Assembly (NCBI RefSeq): GCF_964213995.1
Contig: NW_027590932.1
Location: 62,001 to 126,000, forward strand
Direction: 5' to 3'
Origin: Mustelus asterias
Lineage: Eukaryota
Length of the DNA: 64,000 nt
Shown here: positions 1 to 12,199 of the stretch, piece after piece
Numbering within the stretch: position 1 is the stretch's first letter
How the letters are laid out: every line of letters begins with the position of its first letter
Program-made: the position numbers and the translations under genes
Notes under the pieces: model-generated
Seen by the model: only the letters and a program-made list of their open reading frames with translations
The model's database searches: none
Told to the model about the DNA's origin: nothing

Positions 1-278
1 TCCCACCCAGGCCCTACCCCCATATCCCTACATATTTTACCCACTAATTTCTCTAACCTACGCATCTCAGGACACTAAGGGGCAATTTTAGCGTGGGCAA
101 TCACCCTAACCCACACATCTTTGGACTGTAGGAGGAAACCGGAGCACCCGGAGGAAACCCACGCAGACACGAGGAGAATGTGCAAACTCCACACAGACAG
201 TGACCCAAGCTGGGAATCGAACCCAGGTCCCTGGAGCTGTGAAGCAGCAGTGCTAACCACTGTGCTACCGTGCCGCCC
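1..278 (-). mobile_element. HE1-like tRNA-derived V-SINE (3' end runs off window)
   Basis: Reverse complement begins GGGCGGCACGGTAGCACAGTGGTTAGCACTGCTGC...GGTTCGATTCCCAGC (A/B boxes), then the conserved core GGGTTTCCTCCGGGTGCTCCGGTTTCCTCC. Confidence 0.9.
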
Positions 279-980
279 GTGTCATTGAACATTAAGGGAA
301 GGTGGCTGTGCTGCTTCGAAATGAGAATAATCAATGTCTTCATCGATACATTTTAGTGAATTGTTGATTAATGTAATGAGTCGATGGGTCAGGCAAACTA
401 ATATTTTATCCAGGACAACAGTTCTGCACATTAATACTGAGTTCCAGTATGTGCAGCCGATTTTCTCTGATAAATTCGCACTAGAATTATGTTATTTATT
501 GGTCTGGATAATCTCTTTGACATTATTACTTTGAACCATGATCATATTTTAAAAGACTACTTATTACTGCATTTGACCACTTGAACCCATTAAACGTTAT
601 TTCATGTTGCAGTCATCACTGTGTTTGAATATCCGACGATGTTTCTAAGACTAGACTCTTTTTCCATCCAAATAATATCTGCAGCCTCTCTCTGTTTCAT
701 TTTTCTTTCCAATAATCCCATAACTGGTGTACAATTTACAGTTTTGGTCTTCCCCATGGAAGGGAGCCGATAGAGGATTCAATGAAGACTGAATAAATGC
801 GTCGTGGATAAGTGTGTAGTGATTGTAATCCAGCTTGTGGTTTTTCTATTTATTAATAGCTGGCACACCATTTGCCAATCTCACAGCACCACGTGTGACA
901 CCAGGTAGTGAGTTAAGAGCTGGATTTAGAACGGGTGTTTTCAAATATCAAACTGCACTTTTAAAGAGCGGACAGTGGCA

Positions 981-1427
981 ATGTGGTTACTCAGCTTCCG
1001 GGTTATGTGGGGAGCATTTCTGGCAGGTGACTGTTCGAAGGAACAATTTCATCTTTTCTTTAGCTTTGTTGTTTACATATTTGCACACTTTTAGTCTCAT
1101 CTGTTGCTGTGTGATTTTTTTTAGACCTGACACATGGAAATTCTGTCGCGCAGCGGCTCTCCACAGAAATGGGGACAGAAGGAGAATCAGTGACATTCAC
1201 CTTTACATATGATTCTACAGAGAGCAGCTATCATTTGTACTGTTACCGACAGCACCCAGCTACACAACCTGAGTTTATACGGTGGAAAGAATCCTGGGGT
1301 TCTGAAGATAAAACAAATGTTGCAAAAATGCGTTTCTCTACAGAGCTCGAGGGAATAACGTCAGCAGATTAACTATGTCGAGTCTGCAGCTGACTGACGC
1401 TACCGTCAATTTCTGCGCTTTTAGTCT
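981..1427 (+). pseudogene. TCR alpha/delta-type V segment pseudogene (V1)
   Basis: 46-nt leader 981-1026 (MWLLSFRVMWGAFLA G|gt), intron to AG at 1124, V exon GNSVAQ..EGESVTFTFTY..YCYRQ..TDATVNFCAF; conserved Cys23 and Trp41 lost, FR3 frameshift. Confidence 0.9.
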
Positions 1428-1466
1428 CACAATGATAGAAAGCAGTGTTACCGCCATACAGAAACT
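1428..1466 (+). promoter_or_regulatory. 23-RSS of V1
   Basis: CACAATG + 23 nt + ACAGAAACT. Confidence 0.9.
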
Positions 1467-1989
1467 CTATATAGGAGCTCCTGTCTGTGCGTGCCTGTGT
1501 ATACTCGCTGGAGAATGCAACAATGAACAGTGCGGAGTCAGACACTCAAATACACATCAAGAAATCAAATTAACCTCGGACCAAACCGCCACTCAAACGC
1601 TACCAGGAGCGACAGCGAAAATAAGTTGCTATTTTATTAGAGACAGGAGCTCCGGATGAAAATCCGGTCTGTTAATTACCACTAGCAATCTGATATTCTG
1701 GAAAAATTAAACATTCAAGCATTGGGAAGACGTGCTGAAGCACAGTACACATGTGGAGAGGGGCACTTTTTCTGTTTGCTTCAATGATCATTTCTTTTGA
1801 AATCTGTCGATTATCTTTGAACTGCCTCTTACCCAGCAGCACACTCTGGCCAAACACATATTCTGTAAACATAGATCGGGAAGGTGACGGGGGAGATGGC
1901 TAAAGGACAGGTCATTACTGCAGCCAAGCTTAATTGCAAAATATCCCTCACTCTCTCTTAAAAAAAGACCAAAAAGACTCCAAGATAAG

Positions 1990-2270
1990 GAGTAAACATT
2001 TTACAACTGTGGTGTGGAGAAATTCCTTCACCCAGAGAGTGAAGAATGTGTGGAATTCACGACCACAGAAAGTAGTTGAAACCAAAACGTTGTATTATTT
2101 CAAGAAGAAATTATATGTAGCTCTTGGGGCTAAAGGGATCAAGGCATATGGGAGGTGGGAGGGGGAGGCAGCATCAAGATATTGAATTCGATTTTCAGCC
2201 ATGATCATAATAAACGGCAGATCAGGCTTGAAGGGCCAAATGGCCTACTTCTGTTTCTTTGTTTCTGTGA
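1990..2270 (+). mobile_element. Old CR1 LINE 3' remnant
   Basis: Encodes RNSFTQRVKNVWNS, the CR1 ORF2 C-terminal motif; 3'UTR GGCTTGAAGGGCCAAATGGCCTACT. Confidence 0.75.
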
Positions 2271-2438
2271 TAATTGTGCTACATACTTGAATTTATGAGG
2301 TTCAGTATTATCAATGCACTGAAATCCGGAGTTGATTCTCATTTTCTTTTATTTTTCTTTTTCTTTTTAAGGATATTTTTGGAATGTCGCTTTGACGCTC
2401 GAGGTGTCATTTCAATTATCGCTGCCGTTTAGCACTCT

Positions 2439-2455
2439 TAGCGCCCTCTGGTGAG
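2439..2455 (-). promoter_or_regulatory. CTCF-like motif just downstream of relic RSS
   Basis: CTCACCAGAGGGCGCTA closely matches the CTCF core consensus. Confidence 0.55.
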
Positions 2456-2478
2456 AACTAACTGGGTATCTCTATCTA

Positions 2479-2720
2479 GGATTTTCTATGGATTTTCTTT
2501 TTTCCCTATATTTGTGGCAGCGAAATACGCAGCGGTGTCGGACAGAAGCACAAAAGTGACGTTTAAATGAATAATTTCCTTTAATCGTTTACTCAATTAC
2601 TAAAGCTGTGCACTGTTCTCCAGCTGAGATATCGCCAACAATCAGTGCAATTGCAACAGTATTTAACTTAATTTCTCTTGAACATCGTCAGCTTTGGAAT
2701 AAAGGGCAACATCCAAATCA
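2479..2720 (-). pseudogene. Highly decayed V relic, same family as V4
   Basis: Minus strand reads HLNVTFVLLSDTAAYF (FR3-like), then CACAAAT+22+AGAAAATCC; downstream flank aligns with that of V4 (ccagttagttctcaccagagggcgc vs ccagttattgatcagcggagggcgc). Confidence 0.5.
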
Positions 2721-3354
2721 CCCTTCCCAATTGATGGCTCCATCTTTAGATTAAATGTCTGTGTTTTGCGTGCAAGAACATACAAATCGCTCTGCACACC
2801 AGAAAGAAATAATTTCTCACTAATTACAATGTTTTATATTTCCTTTCTCTTCCCTGCAAATTGAATAGCATATTTTTCTATTCATGTCCCCAGTTGACGC
2901 GTCACATAAACTCCACATAACCCTTGGCAGGACTTTCTATCTCTCTCTACAGCTGACTATGTAACGTCACTTTGTATTATCCGAAAACTTCGATAAATTA
3001 CACCTGCCCTCTCTGCATGTTAATAAAGTCCAGGTGAATAGCAGTGCTTCAGGGAGGCGGCTCACCAACACCTTTCCCGAGGATATCAAAGATGAAGAAA
3101 TAAGCACTGGTCTTACCAGTGACGCTGGAATTAAGTGAAAAAATTAAATGCTTAACTGAACGTAATTCAATTGGATTCACGGTTACCACTGTTCCAATGG
3201 TAAAGCTATCAGAATTATTGAGAAAATGTGGTCAAACTCATTAATTTGTGCTAGTTTCCGCTCATTATAAGGCAACACTGGCAAATTACTGGGGGCGGGG
3301 TTTAGAATAGATTCTGTCAAATACCCAACTCCTTTAACAGCGCGGAAAGAGGCA

Positions 3355-3813
3355 GCACGGCTGCTCAGCATCTGGGGAGCATTCTTGGCTGGTAAATGGG
3401 AATAAATACATTTCATCTTTTCTCTGACTTATCAAGCATGGTTCAAATATTTCCATATTTCTGGCCTGACCAGTTTTTGTTTGATTATGTTTCTTTGTTT
3501 TTTCAGATGTGACTAATGGAGATTCTGTCACTCAGCGGTTCCCCTCAGATTATAAAACAGAAGGAGAAGCGGTGACATTGACCTGTACCTATGATGCCAC
3601 AGCCACCAATTATTACTTACATTGGTATCGACAGCGCCCAGAGAAACAACCGGAATTTATAGTGATGAAAAGCTCTTTGGACACTGAGGATACAGCAAGT
3701 TTTGCTCCAATCCGATTCTCTGCTGAGCTCCAGATCGAGAATAAAGTCACCAGTTTAACCATCTCGGGCCTGCAGGTGACTGACGCTGGCGGCTATTACT
3801 GAGCTTTCAGTCA
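3355..3813 (+). pseudogene. TCR alpha/delta-type V segment pseudogene (V2)
   Basis: Leader homologous to V1 but ATG replaced by GCA and 9 nt shorter, donor at 3392; V exon from 3507 GDSVTQ..LTCTYD..LHWYRQ..DAGGYY* with Cys104 mutated to TGA (3800-3802). Confidence 0.93.
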
Positions 3814-3852
3814 CTCAGTGATAGAAAACATTATCGCCGCCGTACAAAAGCT
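3814..3852 (+). promoter_or_regulatory. Defective 23-RSS of V2
   Basis: CTCAGTG (CAC broken) + 23 nt + ACAAAAGCT. Confidence 0.85.
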
Positions 3853-4511
3853 CTAGACAGGAGCTGCTGTCTGCTGCGGATTGTTTACAATCGCGGGCAG
3901 ATTCAGTCACAATGAACATCGGCGCTGTCAGCTGCTCAAACACAGCGAAGCGAAACCAGAATAACCTCGGATTAAACATTCACCCAATAGTTTCCAGGAC
4001 CAACAGAGAGCCGACAGTTCAGTTCAACCCGTTCCCTTTCCCGAAACCGCACTCGCTCAGGGTGGGAACTCTGATCCTCACACTGAACGGCTGTGAACAC
4101 AAATGTCAATTAACCAAAGCACATTATTAATAAATTACTAAAACGTGGCATTTGATTAGAAAAATACAATCACACAGTATCAGCAGGATCAGAGCCTCAG
4201 CTGCAAACGGGGGGTGGGGGGGGGGGGGGGGGGGAGCTGGTGGATGGACAGTGGAGCCTCCCTTTCTCCTCATTCTGTGGGACACTGGTGGATGACATTC
4301 TGACTAATCAGATTATTCTTGGATGTTGTCAGTCGCCGTCATTCAGAGTCCCATTTGGGAATACGCTCTGTTTAAACAAATAAGTTCAGGACACTCATTA
4401 GGATTTTGTGCGTGTGTGCAACAATTGATTAAATGTTTCAGGAATATTTGATCTCTTTATTACTTTTAGCTCCAATAGTCACCTTCGGTTTAGAATCATG
4501 CAATGATGATA

Positions 4512-4825
4512 GGGGCAGCACGGTGGCGCAGTGGTTAGCGCTGCTACTTCACAGCGCCAGGGACCTGGGTTCAATTGCCGGCTTGGGTCATTGTTTGCGT
4601 GGAGTCTGCACGCTCTCCCCGTGTCTGCGTGGCTTTCCTTCGGGTGCTCCGGTTTCTTCCCACAGTCCAAAGACGTGCTGCGTAGGTTCACTGCCCGTGC
4701 TAAATTCTCCCTCAGTGTACCCGAACAGGCGCCGAAGTGTGGCGACAAGGGGATTTTCACATTAAATTCATTGCAGTGTTAATGTAAGCCTATTTGTGAC
4801 TAATAAAGTAACTTTACTTTTACTT
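4512..4825 (+). mobile_element. HE1-like SINE, variant 3' tail
   Basis: GGGGCAGCACGGTGGCGCAGTGGTTAGC..GGTTCAATTGCC head, V-core, tail GTAAGCCTATTTGTGACTAATAAA. Confidence 0.88.
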
Positions 4826-6387
4826 ACTGGTCAGGGTAATGTGTTTATTCCTCATTCTCTGTACTGCAACCTACAAATCCTCTTGCTCCTTCACCTTTAA
4901 ACGCTTATTCAGTTCCTATTTCTAATACCTTACTCGTCAATTTATATGTGCCGTGCCATCTTCATGGTCTCCGGTCACCATGGTTTTATTGAATGAAACA
5001 GAAAGGATATTTACTGATTGTCGGGCGTCAATGTCAAAACACCGCAATAATGGTCACGTCGTCTGGTGGCGGTTTCGAGTGACGGCATGTTTTTTGAATT
5101 GGTAAAAATGTATTCACTGCCTTGAACTATTTGTATTCACTTCGAGCCATTTTAAAGCGGTGAGGAAATTTCCTAAATGAATGGATGTCTGGTCATAGAG
5201 ACAGAGTACGTGACAAAGAGAACGAGAGATCAGAAAAGTGACCAAGAGAAAGATAACTAATCAGAAAAAAATTTCTGTAGCTCTCATTTATTGGTGGGTA
5301 ATAATCAGCAGTTCTGGCAGAAAAGCCAATCCTGTTCCTGGAAAAACGACAGTTTCTCAATAAGTGAAGCCAGATTCCAAAGTGGGTCGGACTTTATGTC
5401 AGGCTGCAACATTCAACATAATTGGAGCATTTTGTTACTTTCTGTCGAATTCTAAAGCAGACAGCATTGTCTCTCTGCGAGGTCAGTATATTTTTAAATG
5501 GTCAGCGTGACATCCAGGTGTTACATTTAGTCCCTGAAGCATTCCGTATTTGTGTTACAGGAATGAATGACTATGAATCAGTGTCCAATAGAAACATAGA
5601 AAATAGGAGCATGAGAAGGCCTTTCAGCCCTTCGAGCCGACTCCATCCTCCTTATGTTCATGGTTGATCATCGAACTCAGTAATCTATTCCTTCTTGTCA
5701 CCATTTAGCCACGAGAACTGCATTTATCTACTTCTTGATAAAATGCAATATTCTGCCCAGATTTGCTTTCTATAGTAGTGAATTCTATCGGCTTATCACT
5801 CTGTGAGTATATAAATTTCCCTCTAAAAGGGAAATAAAGAGATGTTCAGTGCTTATGTAGTGTTTTGAATATCTATAACGAATCAGTTGGACGAAATATC
5901 TCGTGTAAAAGTTTCTCTCGGGGCCTCGTCAGTGGATACCCTAGTCTGAGTGACAACAGAGTGTTGTTCAACATTACAGGCAGACCCGCAGAAGGCAGCA
6001 AAGGACAAATGGGGACTTCAGTTTGAGTAACGTCACGCAAACATGGTGGATGCCGATCTGCTGTCTGTGCGATTCTTGCCGGTCATTATTGTGTAATATT
6101 TGGTTTATAACATGCCGGATGTTAAAAGAATGCACAATTCACCAGTAGCAGAAAGGACTGTTTTGCTGAAATATTGATTTTATAATGGATCTGTCGGCTT
6201 AATTCGATTCTGTTGTTTTTCCGTTCTTGGCCCCTCCTGGGAACATCTGCGTGACAGTTTGATCCGAGGTTAATGCGGTTTCCTATCAGTTTGTGTTTGA
6301 GTGCCTGACGGCGACGCTGCTCATTGCGGCTGCATCTGTCCACGATTCAACACAGCAGAGAGGAGATCTCACTTATATTGCTGAGAC

Positions 6388-6426
6388 AGTTTTTGTGCAG
6401 GAGGCAGATTGCTTTCTATCACTGTG
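6388..6426 (-). promoter_or_regulatory. 23-RSS of V3
   Basis: CACAGTG + 23 nt + ACAAAAACT. Confidence 0.93.
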
Positions 6427-6883
6427 CGTCCCAGAAAGCGCAGTAATACACGGCAGCGTCAGCAGCTGCAGATCCGAGATAGTCAAACTGGTGTTAATTC
6501 GAGTTCTGGAAATCAGTCGAGAAACGGATTTTAGCAAAATCTGCTTTAACTCCACCACCTCCTGCGTAGACCCTCAGTATATACTCGGGATGGGAGTCTG
6601 GATGTTTTCGGTACCAGAGTAAATAATAGTCACTCCATGCAGTATCTCAAAAACAGTACAAAATCACCGCTTCACCTTCCGTCTCAACATCTGAGGACAG
6701 CGGCTGTGACAGAATCTTCATGACTCAGATCTGGAAAAGATGTTCAAATAGATAAATATTGGACTGACGTGTGCTCAAATTTCAGATTCAACATAAGTTT
6801 TCTTTAATGAGAAAACAAACGAGATGTCCACAAATGCCTGTCAGAAATGCTTCCCACACAACCCAGATGTTGAGTATCCGCAT
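6427..6883 (-). pseudogene. TCR alpha/delta-type V segment pseudogene (V3), inverted relative to V1/V2
   Basis: 46-nt leader 6883-6838 (MRILNIWVVWEAFLT G) with GC donor; V exon from 6730 with frameshifts and stops, retaining LLWYRK and DAAVYYCAF. Confidence 0.9.
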
Positions 6884-7429
6884 TGTCTCTGTCCCCTCTG
6901 TAAAAGGGAGATCGGATATTTGAAGGCACCCGTTCTGGTCCCGACATTCAATACTCTGATGACTTGCCTCCGAATGCTCACACCGTCAGTTCCGTGTCTC
7001 GCCAGTGATACCGTGAAATTGGTTATTGCTTAGCTGACTGTCACTGAATGGAAGCTCCAAAATCTGTACTCCAGTCGGTGTCTTTATAGGACACATTTTT
7101 CTGCCATAGAAATGGGATGTGACTGAAACTTTCATTTGGTTATTATTCGGTGTGGCTTCTCGTTCTTAGTCGCAGTTTTCATGCAGCGATGATTTCAGAA
7201 GGAAGTTAAGGATTAAACATATTGATGTGGGTCTGGAGCGAGGCTGGATAAGGATGGCAGATTCCCTTCTTTCCACAACATTGTTAATTCAATTGGGAAT
7301 TTATCCTAATCCCACGGTGCCAATGTCACCACTTATTCCAGCTTTAATTTCAGATGTTGATTTGATTAATTAAATTCAATTGCCCCTGCGACAGTGAACG
7401 GAGTCCAAATCATGTAGGCGGATTATTAA

Positions 7430-7795
7430 TCATTTTCTCCTGGATTCCTGTTCCGTAAAATGTCAAAATTAATCCAGCAATTAATCCAGTTTTTTCTGGA
7501 TTACTGCTCTGTAACATATCACTGTGTAATCCAACAAATAATCCAGTTCTCCTGGATTCCTGATCTGTAACATATCACTGTATAATCCAACAATTAATTC
7601 AGTTCTCCTGGATTCCTGATCTGTAACATATCCCAGTGTAATCCAACGATTAATCCAGTTCTCCTGGATCACTGTTCTGTGACATATCACTGTATAATTC
7701 AACACTGAATCCAGTTCTCCTCGAATTCTGCTCTGTAACATTTCACTGTGTAATCCAACAATGAATCCAGTCCTCCTCGAATTCTGCTCTGTAAC
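7430..7795. repeat. Minisatellite, ~56-bp unit, ~6.5 copies
   Basis: Unit AATCCAGTTCTCCTGGATTCCTGATCTGTAACATATCACTGTATAATCCAACAATT; period 56 between 7541 and 7597. Confidence 0.9.
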
Positions 7796-8613
7796 GTCTA
7801 TTCATTTATTTGATTTTACTATCCTAGAACAGCCCGTTAAATTATGCCTGTGTTACACAATTTGGCACTAGAAGAATACTTACAGAATGAGGAGTCTTAA
7901 ATGTTCACGCAAACAAAGGATGCAAATATAACTCTATTTTCACGTTGATCTGATATACTGCGGGGGTTCAATGTACGTGCTCCATTTTTTTAAAATCTCA
8001 GATTTGTGTCTGTGTATATTGTGCGCGATAACTGCTCCCAATAATGGGACGCTTTGTTTGGGGAGCTTGTTGAAATGGGAGACTGGGAAAATGTGCATGT
8101 TCCATATCCTGCACTTTCCTGGAACACAGCTGAAGGAGGGACAGGTTCAGAGACACACAGAAAGGTGGCTGACACAGAGGGAGAGAGAGAGACCAAACGA
8201 TCGAAGGAGACAAACAGACACAGAGAAGGTCAGAAGATCCGTGGATGCAGAAAAAGACAGACAGAGGGAGATAGAGAAACAGTCAGGTAAAGTAAGTGGG
8301 CTACAGCCAATACTGATTGGTGCCCAATTGCTGACAGCACTGAGAGACCAGCCAATTCTGTCCTTGGTGAGCGCCCATCAATTTCTCAATAAATGAAACT
8401 TATCTATGATATGAAATTACTTCTTCATGTCAGATTGGAAGTGTTGATATACTTTAAAAATTCTGCTCTTTTGTACAATTCTATAGTAGCAAGCAAGTTG
8501 TCCCGATGTTTCTTTACTAATCTTGTTGTCCAGTGATTCTGTGTTCAAATCGTCACTGTCTGTTCCCAACGTTCACTACCAGATATTTAATCAATCCTAT
8601 ATTTTGTTGCAAG

Positions 8614-8893
8614 AAACAATGGCAAAGATAAACTGTCCCAGGATCTTTCTGAATTTAGGGTTCAGCAAGGACACACAATAAGACTGGATTGCAGTTACTC
8701 GACAGCTGGTCGAATTCTGTTATGCCGGGGAAGGCTCAATGTATCTGTTGACGTTATACAGCACGGAAACGTACTTTTCAAGTTTTCTATAGAGATTTCC
8801 TGCTGGTGTGAGCAAGAAACACAAAATAGTTTCTTTTACTATCGTTGGGATGCTCTTCTCCGACAGCGCAGTGTACTTATGTGCCGTGCAGCC
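8614..8893 (+). pseudogene. TCR V segment pseudogene (V4), absent from ORF track
   Basis: NGKDKLSQDLSEFRVQQGHTIRLDCSYS / frameshift / ..YLLTLYS..FL*RFPAGVSKKHKIVSFTIVGMLFSDSAVYLCAVQ. Confidence 0.8.
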
Positions 8894-8933
8894 CACACTG
8901 CTGCAGAGATCGAGAGGATTCCGGACAATAACT
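8894..8933 (+). promoter_or_regulatory. RSS of V4 (24-nt spacer)
   Basis: CACACTG + 24 nt + ACAATAACT. Confidence 0.7.
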
Positions 8934-9097
8934 GCAGACTGGAAGTTCCAGTTATTGATCAGCGGAGGGCGCGCTTCCTGAGGGTGGTCACAGAGCCATT
9001 AATAAAATATCAACACAGAACACAACACCGAACAAGAGGAGGAACAACAACTGAGGAATTATGTTAGTTGTTTCTAACTAACCTAACTAACACGTGA

Positions 9098-9168
9098 GTG
9101 GCATGTTGGCACAGCTGCCTCACAGTGCCAGGGACGCTGTTTCGATTCCCGGCTTGGGTCACTGTCTG
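9098..9168 (+). mobile_element. HE1-like SINE 5' part, split by LINE
   Basis: tRNA-like head ending GGCTTGGGTCACTGTCTG; continues at 11145. Confidence 0.8.
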
Positions 9169-11144
9169 AACATGGAACATAGAACATAGAACATTACAGC
9201 GCAGTGCAGGCCCTTCGGCCCTCGATGATGTGCCGACCAGTGAAACCAATCTAAAGCTCATCTCCCTACACCATTCCAACATCATCCATATGTTTATCCA
9301 ATGACCATTTAAATGCCTTAATGTTGGCGAGTCCATTACTGCTGCAGGCAGGGCATTCCAAGCCCTTACCACTCTCTGAGTGAAGAACCTACCTCTGACA
9401 TCTGCTCTATATCTATCACACCTCAATTTAAAGATATGTCGCCTCGTGCTAGCTATCACCATCCGAGGAAAAATGGTCTCACTATCCACCCTACCTAATC
9501 CTCTGATCACCTTGTATGCCTCTATTAAGTCACCACTTAACCTTCTTCTCTCTACCAAAAAAACCTCAAGTCCCTCAGCCTTTCCTCATAAGACCTTCCC
9601 ACCATACCAGGCAACATCCTAGTAAATCTCCTCTGCACCCTTTCCAATGCATCCACATCATTCCTATAATGCGGTGACCAGAACTGGACACAATGCTCCA
9701 ATGCGGCCGCACCAAAGTTTTGTACAGCTGCAACATGACCTCCTGGCTCTGAAACTCAATCCCTCGACCAATAAAAGCTAACACTCCGTACGCCTTCTTA
9801 ACAACCCTATCAACATGGATGACAACTTTCAGGGATCTGCTCAGATGGACACCGAGATCTCTCTGTTCATCCATACTACCAAGTATCTTACCATTAGCGA
9901 CGTACTCTGTAATCATGTTACTCCTTCCAAAGTGAATCACCGCACACTTTTCCGCATTGAACTCCATTTGCCACCTCTCAGCCCAGCACTGAAGCTTATC
10001 TATGTCCCTCTGTAACCTGCAACAAACTTTCGCACTGTCCACAACTCCACCGACTTTATTGTCATCCACAAATGTACTAACCCATCCTTCTACGCCCTCA
10101 TCCAGGTCATTTATAAAAATGACAAACAGCAGTAGCCCCAAAACAGATCCTTGCGGTACACCACTAGTAACTCAACTCCATGATGAACATTTCCCATGAA
10201 CCACCACCCTCTGTCTTCTTACAGCTAGCCAATTCCTGGTCCAAACCGCTAAATCACTCTCAATCCCATGCCTCCATATCTTCCGCAATAGCTTACCGTG
10301 GGGTACCTTACCAAACGCTTTACTGAAATCCATAGACACCACATCAAGTGCTTTACCCTCATCCACCTCTTTGGTCACCTTCTCAAAGAACTCAATAACG
10401 TTTGTGAGGCACGACCTACCCTTCACAAAACCGTGTTGACTATCGCTATTCAAATTATTCCTCTCTAGATGATTATAAATCCTATCTCTTATAATCCTTT
10501 CCAAAACTTTGCCCACAACAGAAGTAAGGCTCACTGGTCTATAATAACCAGGGTTGTCTCTACTTCCCTTCTTGAACAACGGGACAACATTTGCTATCCT
10601 CCAGTCTTCTGGCACTATTCCTGTAGAAAATGATGACCGAAAGATCAAAGCCAAAGGCTCTGCAATCTCCTCCCTAGCCTCCCAGAGAATCCTGAGATAA
10701 ATCCCATCCGGCCCAGGGGACTTATCTATTTTCACACTTTCCAGAACTGCTAACACCTCCTCCTTATTAATGTCAATCCCGTCTAGTCCAATAGCCTGTA
10801 TCTCAGTATTCTCCTCGACAACATTGTCTTTTTCCTGCGTGAATACTGTCGAAAAATATTTATTTAGCGCCTCTCCGACCTCTTCAGGCTCCACGCACAA
10901 GGTCCCACTACTGTCCTTGACTAGCCCTAATCTTACCCCAGTCATTCTTTTATTCCTGACATACCGATAGCAAGCTTTAGGGGTTTCCTTGACCCTACCT
11001 GCCAAAGACTTCTCATGTCCCCTCCTGGCTCTTCTTAACTCTCTCTTTAGGTCCTTCCTGGCTAACTTGTCACTCTCAAGCGCCCTAAATGAGGCACCAC
11101 GTCTCATCTTTGCAGAAGTCTCCTTCTTCCTCTTCACAAGAGGA
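9169..11144 (-). mobile_element. 5'-truncated CR1 (HER1-like) LINE with frameshifted reverse transcriptase
   Basis: ORFs 10172-11137, 9575-10141 and 9064-9558 give KSPGPDG, YRPVSLTS, QHGF, DFSKAF, FVDD; (TTCTATG)n tail at 9169-9195. Confidence 0.95.
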
Positions 11145-11340
11145 CTGTGTGGAGTTTACACATTCTTCCCGTGTCTGCGTCGGTTTCTTCATTTGCTCGG
11201 TTTCCTCCTGCATTCTGAAAGATGTGCTGGATAGGTGCATTGACCCAAGCAGGCGCCGGAATATCGCGATGAAGGGAATTTCACAGTAACTTCACTGCAG
11301 TGCTAATATAAGCCTTACTTGTGACTGATAAATAATAATA
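11145..11340 (+). mobile_element. HE1-like SINE 3' part
   Basis: Resumes CTGTGTGGAGTTTACAC...; ends GTGACTGATAAATAATAATA. Confidence 0.8.
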
Positions 11341-12160
11341 AAAAATTACATCTGTACTCAAAACTAATTTCACAAATCAATGTGTGATGGTCTCACACCC
11401 ATTTTATCTTTTCATGATATATCCACGTCTGTATTAATTAAAAGTTTAAGTGCAAGTTTATTTATGAGTTTCACAAGTAGGTTTACATTAACACTGCAAT
11501 GATGTAACTGTGATAAACCTGAATTAATGTATAATCCTCCTTTCAACTCCACTCTCCGTTTTTGGGCATCAGTTGATATGGTCACAGTATGTTACTGGTT
11601 TAGACATAGTTTGCAGAAAATGAGCACATTTCCCAAGTAGCAGGGAAGGACATTCCAGCATCTAGAAATTTTAAATAATTTTGCAGCATCAGAACGTTGG
11701 AAAAATTGTTAATTTTTCAATGCGGCAATATCCAACAGCCAGTTATCAGGAAACTGTATCAGAAAATTTAACTGTCTAACTCTAAACAAAGTACGAATTT
11801 TGATAAAGCATTTAAATGCAACTTTTTTGGGGATTATTTTCATTTATAACTTGACCTATTTTTTAACTTCTCTGTCTGACGCTGGTCATTTTAGACATTA
11901 TTCCATTTATTTTTCCATAGTTCACGAATGTTTTGTCCTTTGCTCGTCATGATTACTGCATTTTTCCGCTGTTCCTTTTTCTGTTTGCTTTTTATTTCTC
12001 TGTGTTTATGTTTCCAAAGTTCTTCATTTCTGATCCGCTTTAGTTCTTTCTCTGTTAGATGCACTTGCTTTCTTGCACAATCCTCCAGCCCTTATTATTA
12101 CCACGCCACTTGCAACGCCGATCCCCCAAACACAGTAGAGCTCAGTTGCCACTCGGTGTC

Positions 12161-12199
12161 GGTTTCTGTACGAGCTCTCGATATATTTGTTACACTGTG
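12161..12199 (-). promoter_or_regulatory. 23-RSS of V5
   Basis: CACAGTG + 23 nt + ACAGAAACC. Confidence 0.95.

Noticed and set aside
430-625. TYYC-like codons (ACT TAT TAC TGC) and a CACTGTG
   Set aside because: No other V motifs in frame, heptamer on the wrong strand, no nonamer
7430-7795. Regularly spaced repeats resembling a CRISPR array
   Set aside because: Head-to-tail units with no unique spacers, vertebrate context, no cas genes
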